63,061 nt of DNA, filler included, from Licmophora abbreviata (GCA_900291995.1; 13 parts of 13 records of this genome joined end to end with filler, not necessarily neighbours in it), one strand, 5' to 3'; positions 1-11,294 are shown, counted from the first letter of the whole stretch. Translations and numbers: made by a program. The notes: a model not told the origin generated them from the sequence alone.

Positions 1-65
1 AAGTCGACCACCAATCTCAGTGCAGGAGCCGCTGTCGCGGCACCGGCTTCAACAGACAGAGCCAT
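1..65 (-). CDS. 5' end of a third ankyrin-like family paralog, running off the left edge
   Basis: ATG at 65 gives MALSVEAGAATAAPALRLVVDF, matching the N-termini of the neighbours (MSLVVEVPPTELVVDF; ...AGLEVDY). Not in the ORF track. Confidence 0.6.
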   Translation of the reverse strand, partial: MALSVEAGAATAAPALRLVVD

Positions 66-1017
66 ATCTGCCTTGATCGTTTCCGTTTATAGAACAAACG
101 CCATTTATGTGATGTGATCTACTCCAGTACGTGGCAGTCTTCAATATACATCGCCAAGCACTGGCGATGTGCTCGCCGAGATCACAATATAGAGCCGCCC
201 CGCTCGACCGCATCAAAAGTCGTATTCAGGATTTAATACTATGTACAGAAAATAAATAAAAAGTCTACATACGGCTACGTATGTTAAGTCTCTCTAAAAT
301 GATTCTACGTCGTCAACTTTGCATTTGGACAGTTCGAGTACCAGTAGAGAATGTTGGGAAAAAATCCTTTCTGTGGAAAAGGTTTAATACAATTACGTCT
401 GTACTTTTACCAGGTACCGGTAAAAAGTACCGGTACCATGTATGATACGACCTGGTACAACAATACTCTCTACGTATAGAGAGTGCTCGGCTAGGAGCAG
501 AGACTGAACTCGACGCCCTACCAGTACCGGAGTACTATAGAAATTCAACTGGAGATCTACCAAGCCTACTAGAAGATGCATTGTGTTGAGTATGATAGTG
601 CTAGTCCTCACCCCCTATTCAAAGAGAGAGGCTCTCTTGAGCTACTCTAGTCTACTACTCGCTCTAGTAGGAGTAGAGGTCTATCTAGTGCTGGCCGTTG
701 CGATTCTTCTTTAAAAATCAATATGGATCAGTCTTTGTCCTCGATCTAAGAAGAACTTTTTCACTTTTTTATGGCATTCCGTTGCGGGTACGCCTCCAGA
801 GGCTTAGTCATGTCGTCACAATTCCATTTATTACTCATCACATTACTCATAAAACTACTTATACGAGGCAAGTCACATGAATCCCGTCTCTTTCCACTAG
901 AAAAAGAATGGTCTTGGATTGGAGGGTGTCGAGTTAGTTCGCCACACCTAACACCTGCCTTCACGCGCCTGCAATCGCTGGATCCATCAAATTATCCGTA
1001 GACCAAGCTTCGTGTGC

Positions 1018-2823
1018 TTAGGTACGCATGGCGTCAATGACTGCCATGATCGCATTCATCTCCTTAGTCTGTTTGTCAAGGGCCTTCGTCTCGTCCTCGC
1101 ATTCGACAAGGATACCGCTCGCAAAATCATCCTCAAAATCTAGGAATGCTTTCAGCTTTTCACGACGCATCTCCGTGCTTTGCTTCAACGTGACACTACG
1201 AGCTTGAGCCTTTTCAATTACCATCTCTTGCTGCTCCCACATAGAAGTCATCGATACCGACAAGCTTCCCAAGCGTTGGTTGATGTCATCGATCTTACGC
1301 ATACTCAAGTCACGCTGCTTCGTGGTATCGGCCAACGTTGTTTGGAGAGCCTCGCATTCTTCTTTGCTTTCCTGTAAGGCTTCCTTGGTAGCGGATAAAG
1401 CCGACTCGGAGGAAGCGAGCGTCTCTGACATCTTGGAGACCTCAGCTTCTTTCTCGGCGAGCTTCGACTCGAACTCCACTGCTTTTTCCGAAACTATGAC
1501 TTTCGATTCCTCTTCCGCCTTCGCTAGAGCGGCATCTTTCTCGGCTACTTTTGACGAAAGGTCCTGTTCTAGTTCCAGAAGCAACGTCTCCAGCTCATGC
1601 TTTGCTGCAAGAAGAGCAGTCTCTTTCTCGACGACGCTCAATTTGAACTCTACCTCCTGATCCGAAAGCTTTGCTTTGAATGCGTTTTCCTGCTCTGCTA
1701 GCTTTGTCGTGAGTTCAGCCTTTGCCTCAACAAGCTCAGCCATTGCCGATTCTTCCTTCGCAGCAAGCTTCGAGTTGAACTCGTCCTCCTTTGCAGAGAC
1801 CTTGGAATCGAATTCCGCTTCCTTCTCCGCAAGCTGGATTTTTAGGTTCTCATTACCCTCGAGAAGTTCTGCCAACTTCAGCTCATGCTCGACGTCCTTC
1901 TGAGTGAGCTCCTCTTGAGCCGAACCAAGCTGCATATTCTTGTCGAGAAGCTGAGCCTTCGTCGATTCGAGCTCCATGACCAATCTATCGTACCCCTCCT
2001 TCAACTCTTCGTGACGTGCCTGTATGCTGATGAGAGCCTGTTTATCAGACAAACTGCGACCGGGGGTGCTCTCTGCATACGACGCATCAAGAGCTGGCTT
2101 GGCGTCAACGTCGACAGAACGGTTGCTCATGGGGGAGTTCACTTCCGTATTTTCCTTGAGAACGGATTCTGCTGGGTCGTTGGTGTTCAGTGAGAGCGGC
2201 TTCGTGCTTGATTTCTGCGACTCACCTAGCCAACGACGAAGAGCATCGACTACATCATCGCGTTCTGGGTACTCTCCATCGAGCGCCAGATCAAGCGCCG
2301 TATTTCCATCTTCATCTCTGACATCTCCTATGTCGCGATTCTCAAGAAGAACCATGTCAATGAGAGAGACTGACGAGGGACCCCAGCAGGCCAGATAGTG
2401 AATGGGAAGCATGCCGCGAGGGTCGGTCGACTTGGTAGCTTCGGGGTAGTGTTCCAGCAGCAGACGCACGATGTCTTGGGAGGCTTGATTGCCGCAAGCA
2501 TAATGGAGGGAATACATACCCTGATCGTCCTCGCAGCTGGCACCATCAGGATAAGCCTTCAGTAGAGCCTCGATTAGTGATGCCGGGGGCTGGCGAGCAC
2601 ATGCCGAGTGGATGGGGAGGAAGCGCCACATGACCTCTTGGTTGCCGTCATCGTCTTCATCCTCGTAGTGACGGACGACCCATGTCTTCGCCTGTTCTGG
2701 ATGCTCTGCGACAGCTTGGAGAGCTACGTCCCAATCGCAGCTGCAGATTGCGTCGTAGAGCTTGGTAGGGGTTTCGAAGTCGACCACCAACTCTGTCGGG
2801 GGAACCTCAACAACGAGGGACAT
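1018..2823 (-). CDS. Ankyrin-repeat-like protein with long C-terminal coiled coil
   Basis: 601 aa intronless ORF. N-terminal ankyrin-like units (LPIHSAC, SLHYAC, LPIHYLA, GNTALDLA) followed by an E/K/A/L-rich heptad region. Confidence 0.85.
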   Translation of the reverse strand: MSLVVEVPPTELVVDFETPTKLYDAICSCDWDVALQAVAEHPEQAKTWVVRHYEDEDDDGNQEVMWRFLPIHSACARQPPASLIEALLKAYPDGASCEDDQGMYSLHYACGNQASQDIVRLLLEHYPEATKSTDPRGMLPIHYLACWGPSSVSLIDMVLLENRDIGDVRDEDGNTALDLALDGEYPERDDVVDALRRWLGESQKSSTKPLSLNTNDPAESVLKENTEVNSPMSNRSVDVDAKPALDASYAESTPGRSLSDKQALISIQARHEELKEGYDRLVMELESTKAQLLDKNMQLGSAQEELTQKDVEHELKLAELLEGNENLKIQLAEKEAEFDSKVSAKEDEFNSKLAAKEESAMAELVEAKAELTTKLAEQENAFKAKLSDQEVEFKLSVVEKETALLAAKHELETLLLELEQDLSSKVAEKDAALAKAEEESKVIVSEKAVEFESKLAEKEAEVSKMSETLASSESALSATKEALQESKEECEALQTTLADTTKQRDLSMRKIDDINQRLGSLSVSMTSMWEQQEMVIEKAQARSVTLKQSTEMRREKLKAFLDFEDDFASGILVECEDETKALDKQTKEMNAIMAVIDAMRT

Positions 2824-3688
2824 CTCAGTCTCTAGGTTATTGTTCGGGAAGACGAACAGAAGGGCCGATTATTATGGAAAAGTGGCAGATGAATCACCAC
2901 AGATAACAGGCAAGGTTTGTGAGGCTTGAAAAGAAACTGCGCCAGAATGGCGAGGATCGCTGAACGTGACTCTCGCAGAAAAAAATGAAGGGAAATCGCC
3001 AAGGTGCGCACCCAAAAGCATGCCGGCGTGGATCGTAGTTACAAAACGTGATACATTTAATAAACGTATCATAAACATTTTTAATTTACGTATTAAATGT
3101 TTATATATTTATTGTACACTTCATGTGAGTTAGCATATTACGAGTAATGAGCTCATATACAAGTTGGAACTAAGAGCCAGCCGATCTTCAAAATACACAT
3201 TGAGACGAGCGACGATGCTCGAGAGACCATGCTGTTACCGGTACCTGGTAGCAGGTACGAGCCAGGTACATACCTACCCGCACCGGGAACGATGCTTATC
3301 ACCTCTCGGCCATTGACATAGCTCTGGAATGTGTTTGCCCAGTAACTCTCAAAGCTGTAACCGAGTATTTCGCGTAGCCGACCGGAAGGATATGTTTGAA
3401 ACCTTGGAGCTACCCATGCAGCCATACACAACAGTTACTGAGGCCAGTAAGGTACCTGCTAGCGGTACGGATACCGTAGATTGGAGCAAGCGCTGAGAAT
3501 ATCTTCCTCTACCAGGTTGCTTCAAATACAACAAAGTACTAAATAAAAGTGAGCGTCGTAGACGCACGTGCTATTCGACACCAGGCGACAGAGCGAGTCG
3601 GCAGAACTATCAAATATGTGATGGCCTCTCTACAAGTCCCGGAGTCACCCCCCAATACCCAACTCCCCCCGAGCCATGCAAGTACTAA

Positions 3689-5191
3689 CTAAAGCAGCGT
3701 AGCCACCACAGCTGATATATCATCAATCTCCTTCATTTGCTTTTTGATCGCCTCATCATCGTCCCTGCACTGACGGACAAGGCCATTCGACGTCTCTTCC
3801 TCCAGAGCCAACAACATACTCAACTTCTCGAGACGCAACTTGGAAGTTTCGGTCAAGTCACTGCCGCGACTCTTGACGGTAATCATGAGTTTTTCCTGTT
3901 CGTCCGCCATCTTTGCAAGCGATACCCTCAGGCTTCCCAATCGATCTGACATGCTGGCGACCTTGCGTTGGTACATTTCCCGATCCTTCGCAAGGTCTTC
4001 AACACTGCCAAGTAGCTCATCGCGTTCCGCACGACACTCCTTCAAGAGCCTCTTAGTGCTACTCAGCTCTGAGGTTGTGTACAGGAGCGCCTCTTCCTTC
4101 TCGCGAAGACGAGTTCTCGTAGAATCAACTTCACCAGAAAGCTCGTCACACTTCATTCGTAAACCATTCTGCTCAGCCCTGATTTTGGTCAAGTCGTTCC
4201 GAAGCCGGACAACCGTAGTATTCGAGTCACTAGCCGCTGGGGAATCACGTCCGCCCTTGTCAGAGATGTGAGTATCCCTTGGAGAGATTATTTCCCGTGC
4301 CTCCTTCTTGGATCGGGCAGAGGATACGGTTGAGATCTCTGGCTCATCGACCGTAATCGCAAGAGGCTTGAACCGAGGAGAAGACGAAGTTGGGGTACGA
4401 TTGAAACGAGGAGAAACGGGCGCGGCGAATCGATTGAAACGCGGGGAAGATGGACTCAGATTTCGGTTGAATCGAGGTGACACGGGACTTCGGGCTTGGC
4501 TGCGACGAGGCGACACAGGACTAGCGGCCTGGCTAGTACGGAGCGAGGAGGGACTGGCAGACCGCTCCATCCAACGTCGAAGAGCTCCTGCGACCGCATC
4601 TCGCTCAGGATACTCTGCCTCTAGAGCTAAGTCGAGCGGAGTCTTCCCATCCACATCCTTGGCGGTCCCAACCTCACGATTCGCTACGAGAACCATATCA
4701 ATGACGGAAATTGAAGAGGGGCCCAACCACGCAAGGAAATGTATGGGCAGCATCCCACGTGGGTCTTTTTTCTTCGCTGCATGGGAGTTGGAGAGCAGCA
4801 AGAGCCGAATGACCTCTCGAGAAGCCTGATTTCCACAGGCGTAATGAAGAGCGTACATACCCTGATCATCAACAGAACGAGCCCCGTCGTTATAAGCTTT
4901 GAGCAAAGCAGAAACGAGCGGTGCCGGAGGCTGGCGGGCACAGGCAGAGTGGAGCGGCAGAAAACGCCACATGACTTCTTTCTCTCCATAGTCTTCCTCC
5001 TCATAATAGCGAACCACCCACGTTCGGGCTTGCTCGGGATGATCCTTGACCGTTTGCAAGGCAACATCCCAGTCACTGTCACAGATCGCTTCGTAGAGTT
5101 TCGTCAAATTTCTGTCGTAGTCAACCTCGAGTCCTGCTGATGCCAGAGAATGCGACGTCATCGACATACCGGCAGATTCGACGATTGGCAT
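3689..5191 (-). CDS. Ankyrin-repeat-like protein with SP-R-rich linker and coiled coil (paralog of 1018-2823)
   Basis: Strongly similar ankyrin region (WRFLPLHSACARQPP, DQGMYALHYACGNQAS). Start placed at ATG 5191 (MPIVESAG) by homology; the ORF extension to 5686 is AT-rich and probably non-coding. Confidence 0.85.
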   Translation of the reverse strand: MPIVESAGMSMTSHSLASAGLEVDYDRNLTKLYEAICDSDWDVALQTVKDHPEQARTWVVRYYEEEDYGEKEVMWRFLPLHSACARQPPAPLVSALLKAYNDGARSVDDQGMYALHYACGNQASREVIRLLLLSNSHAAKKKDPRGMLPIHFLAWLGPSSISVIDMVLVANREVGTAKDVDGKTPLDLALEAEYPERDAVAGALRRWMERSASPSSLRTSQAASPVSPRRSQARSPVSPRFNRNLSPSSPRFNRFAAPVSPRFNRTPTSSSPRFKPLAITVDEPEISTVSSARSKKEAREIISPRDTHISDKGGRDSPAASDSNTTVVRLRNDLTKIRAEQNGLRMKCDELSGEVDSTRTRLREKEEALLYTTSELSSTKRLLKECRAERDELLGSVEDLAKDREMYQRKVASMSDRLGSLRVSLAKMADEQEKLMITVKSRGSDLTETSKLRLEKLSMLLALEEETSNGLVRQCRDDDEAIKKQMKEIDDISAVVATLL

Positions 5192-6839
5192 GCTTGCTTC
5201 TTCCAGCGCCAAGCAGATACTATAAGATGAACTGAGAGCAACGATGGGGTGTATCTGAACAGCGACAAGGGGCAGTTCGATCAAGCAAACGAACAGTCGT
5301 GTGGTATATTGATGATCACAATGACCATCGAGGTCTGCTCGAGGATCAACAGTGCAGTGCTCGCCAAAAAATGAAGCATATCGCAAAAGACACAAAAGTA
5401 TTGAACATATACAGTATTGTATATATTGAAAACAGAATACAGAATGCGTAGCTCTTTCAAAGATATTTCTCATGCGATGCCATCGCAACAGTGTCATTGG
5501 CAACACGCATAAGGACAAGATGAAACAACAGAGAAAAGGAATGAATGTGCGCACCCGCCTACGTAGACTACGGACAAGAGGATGTGTGATATGATAACGG
5601 TAAATGGCTATCATACGCGGCCGATCTTGAAACAGTGCTGATGTGAATTGATCATTTCGATACCGCTTCTCGCTTCCAGAATCCATTTACTCAGTCGTCC
5701 ATGGTCCATGAGGAAGTAGTTTCCAACAGTATTTACAGCTTACAGCGCATCGTCACAGTGCACCAGTCGGCGTCGTTGATTGGTCAAATGTCTCTTCGGA
5801 TTCATCCTTGCCGATATCACACGTCCCTGTCTCACAGTTTCACCACGACGGCCTGACTCCTCCATTGCTCATATGACTGCTGCAGATTCATCTCGGGTAT
5901 CAACTCGCTCACTAGGCACCACGCACCACTAACTTTATCGAACGGCTACGGTTGATTGTCGCAATTCCTCACTGCCGTGCTCAACCGCGGTCACTGCTGT
6001 GTGAAGATTAACTAAAGGATAGAGGGAAGCAACGACTATACACCAAGAGGCCGATGCACAACGAAAGCAGGTCAGTCATTCAGACTACTTGCTTGTCTTA
6101 GGTCTGCAATACACACAAAAAAGGATCGACCGAGCCACTCGAGAAGAAAGATGACCGCTGTCTCATCGTCCTCAGCGTCATCACGCTCCGACCACGATGA
6201 CGAGATGCCCCTCCTCTCATCAGGCCTCATTATTTCAAATCAAAATACACACACATACATGAACCAAAAGCAAAACACATCAGTGTCTTCTCCGCGGCGC
6301 CCCACGACGACTCCGCACGAGCGTTTGTTTGCGTGGCTCAAATTTTGTGACAGCGCGCTCGTCATCACCGTCATCCACGCCACGCAGTCTTGTGAAAACA
6401 TATCTAAATATTTCGAAAGGCCAGCTTGTCTCTGCCGTTTCGTGACCCCATAATCAAGGACTGCTTATATGCTATAAATGCTTGAATAATCAATATGAAA
6501 ATTTGAACTAAGTTTCCAGAAAAACAATCGGAGTGTTGCGAACCAACTTTGTCATGAAGTATACATGACTTTTTGGGTGCATAGCCCAACGGAGATCTAA
6601 CTGCCGTCGGAGTATCGACAGCTCGGAGTTGACACATAAACGTTTACTACGTAGACTTTGGTACATGTTCCACACAAATCGTCGTTGCTTACGTCGCTTG
6701 AGGCGCGACCGACGTGGTTCGTTTGAAAAAAGCTCCGCCAAGCATTGTCGTGACCATATTTCCATTACTTTTTCGTCTGGAAGTGAAGCAGCAGCAGTAG
6801 CATCGTCTTTATCTCCCCTTCTCTTATTGTATTCCAATC

Positions 6840-7676
6840 ATGATCCGTGGTCTGCTTCTTGCTCTTCTTCTCGCCCTGGTGGCTACCCAATCAGCCGACG
6901 CTCAAGGCTGTCCTATCTGCGGTCCTGCAGGACTAGGCAGATTCGATCCCAACGGGCCCAGAAAAAACTTCGTCGTACAAGGCGGCGAAGACACTCTCAC
7001 TTGCTTTGACCTCTACGAAATCTTCGAAATTCAGAATCGAAACTACCGTATCGGGGAGTACTCATGTACATGGGCAAAGTGGTCTGCGACGCAGAACTGC
7101 GATTGCTCCGGTCAGCTGTGGCAATGGCCCGACACCATCGAAAATGACATTTGCGACCCATGCGGCCGGCTCCTCGACCCAGCACGCGAGTTCCAGCCCA
7201 CCAGCTTCTACGGTCAAACATGCTCCGCCATCATCACTGGAGGATTCGGAAGAGGGTGGAACACTCAACAGTGCTCACAAGCAAAGGTCGCCATGGACAA
7301 CGAGTGCGGCTGTGCCACCACTGCCGCCTCTTCTACACCTGCTCCCACCCCCAGTCCAACGTCTTCTACACCTGCTCCCACCCCCAGTCCAACGCCATCA
7401 CCCACGCCGGCTCCTGTGTCAGGAGGTACTTTCTCAGGAACCTGCCGCAGCCCGGGATCCGAGTGCCAAGACGACTTCTCATCCTGTTGTGAAGGCAGTA
7501 CATGTGCTGGAGACAGGACCAATCCTACCTCGGGCAAACGATACTGCAGTGCATCCTCTGGTGGATGGGACGATGGCAGCGGCTCTTCATACGCCAGTGG
7601 AACTGGTCGAGGGGGAGGCAACGGAAGCGGAGGCCGGGGTGGTGGAGGTGGTGCGAGAAACCTTCGAGCTCCATAG
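6840..7676 (+). CDS. Secreted Cys-rich protein: signal peptide, Cys domains, PT/PS stalk, cystine-knot-pattern module, Gly-rich tail
   Basis: Signal peptide MIRGLLLALLLALVATQSADA; shares [27 protein letters not shown] with 9694-10734. Confidence 0.8.
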   Translation: MIRGLLLALLLALVATQSADAQGCPICGPAGLGRFDPNGPRKNFVVQGGEDTLTCFDLYEIFEIQNRNYRIGEYSCTWAKWSATQNCDCSGQLWQWPDTIENDICDPCGRLLDPAREFQPTSFYGQTCSAIITGGFGRGWNTQQCSQAKVAMDNECGCATTAASSTPAPTPSPTSSTPAPTPSPTPSPTPAPVSGGTFSGTCRSPGSECQDDFSSCCEGSTCAGDRTNPTSGKRYCSASSGGWDDGSGSSYASGTGRGGGNGSGGRGGGGGARNLRAP

Positions 7677-7874
7677 ACTACCATGCACGTTCCCAAGGGG
7701 CGCTCGCTCCCATGCTGATGGGAGAGTGAGCTAGCCCTGGGAATTCACCCAACTCTCGGTGCGAAACGCTTTCGCTCTTGGTACACTAGTTTAGTATAAT
7801 TATCATTAGCACATCATTGCAGAGCTAAGCATTGCAGTAGGAAGATAGTTACGCTGTTACCGCATCCAAGAGGC

Positions 7875-7974
7875 NNNNNNNNNNNNNNNNNNNNNNNNNN
7901 NNNNNNNNNNNNNNNNNNTTAATTAATTAANNNNNNNNNNNNNNNNNNNNNNNNNNNNNNNNNNNNNNNNNNNN
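7875..7974. other. Artificial contig-join linker (first of 12)
   Basis: N44-TTAATTAATTAA-N44. Also at 16263, 17787, 34275, 36181, 37719, 46528, 50846, 54238, 57748, 58907 and 60052, each 100 nt. Confidence 0.98.
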
Positions 7975-9693
7975 GATAGTTACGCTGTTACCGCATCCAA
8001 GAGGCAAAGGCGTCCACATGGACAGGAGGAGCAAGCTCCGCACTCGGGAACGCTTTTCGTCCTGCTGGGGGTCGGCACTTTCGCTCTTTTGGAGCACTCT
8101 GGAGCTTTGACTGATCACGCCGACGGGCGCGGCACGCGGCTGAGGTGGCGATCTCCAACGGACAATGCCGTCACTGATGTCAAAGTTCAAAACGTCGTTT
8201 CGTGAGCACGCACGTAGGACAGTACTGTCATTAGATTATACAGTCATGAACATAAATTTTATTTCTGCGCGGTCGTCGCACTTTGAACTTCCCCCAACTT
8301 TTTTGCTTCGCGCGCGCCGTTTCGACTCTCATCATCACGCACACTTTTTCTTTGAGCGGTGAGAATGTGGGTTCACCCCAAGACGTCTGTCGTCGTCTAC
8401 CCACACGTCGTCTTTCCTGAGCCGGCACTTTCACACGATTGAATGCAAAGCAACGATGAGCCAGACTGGGCCGTGCCTGCTCTGAGTCATGCCAGAAGTG
8501 CAAGTGCTAGCCTTCCTCTCGCTGCTGTGTGATGCGGAGGAACATCGGGAGAGATGTATGCTGAAGGACTACGACTTTGTTGAGCTTTGTTTCAAGTCAT
8601 GCTGGGTCGACGGAGGATGAAGTGCGAGTGGCGAGAGCAAGGGACTAGCAAAGTACCTCACTCGGCAGTAAATTCAGAAAAGAAGCTCTTGCATGGAGCT
8701 AGTAGGCGTTCTCGCTCGAAACTGAACTGTTGTGATCGAGGGTTCTTTCTTTGTTACAAATGGGACATGAGGACTGTACCGGTGCCTCCGTGGTGTCCTA
8801 GATCAAGAGGCAAGAAAGGAGTACAACCTATTAGCCCCTGGTTGGATTGAAGCTTTCTCTTAGAATGCGCAGCAGATCATGCAACAATCAACCAGTTTCC
8901 TAATATTTATTCCGGATGGCTTTTGAATGCGCGGAGCCCGATGAAAGCCAAGCCAAGAATCTGTTGGATGGCGCCTCTTTGCGAGCGAGGCAGCGGGGTA
9001 TCCGACAATCAAACATAGACTGCTCCTCTTCGAGCTCTAGCAAGGTCCTTCGAATCGATCGTCGAGCCGATCCAAGTTTAGTAGAAGTGGTGCCGTGGTG
9101 CCCCGGTAATGTTCACCATACTTTAATCTTTGATGATGTCGTCTCGAATCCGGTAAGCGCTACATCGAGTGCTACTGCAAAACGCATGGTATGATACAGG
9201 TAACAGGTAAGTCCGAGGAATATGCAGGTATTGTACTCCATAAATCTCTTTCAGACGAGTATGCCCTTCAACGGCCAATAGCATCAATTATACATCAAGG
9301 TCTGTTTAATCTTCACTCGATTTAAACTCTGTAGAGTTCTACACAAACAAATTTGGTTTGAAGATTGGGCGGATTCGTGTTGGTTCTTTGTCCCAGAGTA
9401 AAACTTCACTATTGTTCTCGATATGGAGCCATTGTCGCCAGCGGGCCCTCCGGCTCGTCTCACTAAGCGTTGAATACGTCAGTCTCTCCGTAGAAATGTG
9501 TAGAAAGCGGGTTTCAGTACCGCTGTAGTTTTATCAATCGAAATTTTTTGCACACGTAAAGACTGAAACTGAAACGTCCGTCCGTTTTGTCAAACAACCC
9601 CATTCATTGCACCTGTGATGTGAGACACATCGTGTCGGACTGGCCGACCACGACAACGTTCATCCCATCGAGCCTCCTTCCCTGATTGAAGCC

Positions 9694-10734
9694 ATGCTTC
9701 GCCTCGTCCTCCTTCTTCTGGCATTCGTGCCCTCGCAGGGCCAAGGCATCGGTTGCAACATCTGTGGTCCGGATCCCGCCGCGGCTTACTACGACCCCGG
9801 CTTCAAGGATGTCGTCGTGCAACAAGCTAACGGCGACGAAGAGAGAATCACGTGCTTTGATCTCTACGAGATCTTTGAAATTCAGAATCGGGACTATCGG
9901 ATCGGTGAGTTCTCGTGCAACTGGGCACGATGGAACGCTCACTTGAAGTGCAACTGTAAAGGGCCCGGCCCATTCTGGACATTCCCTGATCCGATTCAGA
10001 ACCCACCATGCACTCTTTGCGGCTTTCCTGGATGGGAACCCCCCAACGATCTATACGGACACGTCGTCGAAGTTCAAGGAATGGGACTTCAGATCTGTGG
10101 CTCGCTAGCACTCGGAGCGAATGGACTGGGCTTCAACAATGCTCAGTGCAACGCCGCTAGGGCGGTCATGGATGAATGTGGATGCGGTCCACCATCCACT
10201 CCAAGTCCCACACCGAGACCGACATCGAGACCGACGCCGAGACCCACCCCGAGACCCACACGGAGACCCACACCGAGACCGACGCCCACACCGAGACCGA
10301 CGCCATCACCGAGACCGACGCCATCACCGAGACCAACCCCATCCCCAACGCCGAGACCAACGCCATCCCCAACACCGAGACCGACGCCCACACCGAGACC
10401 GACGCCATCACCGAGACCAACCCCATCCCCAACGCCGAGACCAACCCCATCCCCAACGCCGAGACCAACGCCATCCCCAACACCGAGACCCACCCCATTG
10501 CCGACACCGGCTCCTGTGACGTCACAACAATACAATAACTGCCGAGGCCCAGGTTTGGTCTGCTCAGATGATTATAATTCATGTTGCGGTGAATGTAAGG
10601 CGGATCGAACCAATCCATACGTACGCTACTGTGGAGCAGTGTCCTCGGGCGGTACAAACTCCTACGGTGATGGTAGCAATGGAGGAGCCAATGGATGCAA
10701 TGGCTTTGGGGGTGCAGGCGGCAACTGCACGTAG
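9694..10734 (+). CDS. Secreted Cys-rich protein with long PTPR/PTPS stalk (paralog of 6840-7676)
   Basis: Signal peptide [16 protein letters not shown]; same Cys spacing and domain order as the paralog; stalk expanded to about 100 aa. Confidence 0.85.
   Translation: MLRLVLLLLAFVPSQGQGIGCNICGPDPAAAYYDPGFKDVVVQQANGDEERITCFDLYEIFEIQNRDYRIGEFSCNWARWNAHLKCNCKGPGPFWTFPDPIQNPPCTLCGFPGWEPPNDLYGHVVEVQGMGLQICGSLALGANGLGFNNAQCNAARAVMDECGCGPPSTPSPTPRPTSRPTPRPTPRPTRRPTPRPTPTPRPTPSPRPTPSPRPTPSPTPRPTPSPTPRPTPTPRPTPSPRPTPSPTPRPTPSPTPRPTPSPTPRPTPLPTPAPVTSQQYNNCRGPGLVCSDDYNSCCGECKADRTNPYVRYCGAVSSGGTNSYGDGSNGGANGCNGFGGAGGNCT
10200..10515 (+). repeat. Coding tandem repeat encoding PTPR / PTPS / PRPTPS units
   Basis: Recurrent ccgagacc(a/g)ac(g/c)cc units of 12, 18 and 24 bp. 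Confidence 0.9.
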
Positions 10735-11294
10735 AGCACTGGGATGTGTCCAGATGGTTGATCATAGTTGGGTGTAAAAAAAATTGTAAATGGGGCCACG
10801 AGAAAGACATTGCAATGCTTGTGACTTATCGCGTAGGAAGGCCCTCTATACCGACCACTAGCTCCTGTTGCCTCGTACCAGAGAGGCGCCTTGTTCTTTC
10901 TCCACCCCTAAACTGATGCCGAGCTGAAATCCATTGTAGACTACATGATGCCCTACAAAGTCACGTGCTACTTTACATGCCCTCTGTCGTGCAAGCTGTG
11001 AGAAGAGTGAAGAGTGGTTGAGTTCATCTAGACACCGGTACCGCCTACCGACCATGACCAAATTCGGCGTTGATGCCCACAGCTTCTTCCAATCCTCTTT
11101 AAAAGCTGTGACAAGCCTCCACGCGCAAAATGATGCCATTGCTCTTTCATTTCTTTCGCGGCTTGTTTCTTCTCTACCCACAAAGGTGTTGCTCAGAGAC
11201 AGGATTACGATATGAATGCGGCAAGCATCTGGTAGAAGGTTGAGGCCCACTCCAGAGGTACCGCTGTCCATTCCGGATCCAGCCAGCTTGTCAG

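Noticed and set aside
5192..5686. 165-aa N-terminal extension of the second ankyrin ORF
   Set aside because: No counterpart in paralogs, AT-rich, and contains the conserved upstream element.
7919..7930. TTAATTAATTAA repeated 12 times, resembling a dispersed palindromic site
   Set aside because: Always centred in N44 pads and gives stops in all six frames: an artificial linker.
7975..9600. Short ORFs that might be a decayed gene or transposon
   Set aside because: No recognisable domain, terminal repeats or consistent frame.
10121..10810. Alternative-frame repeat ORFs (HRDRR..., ETNPIPN..., GVGLG...)
   Set aside because: Shadows of the PTPR coding repeat; only the 9694 frame has a signal peptide and a paralog.
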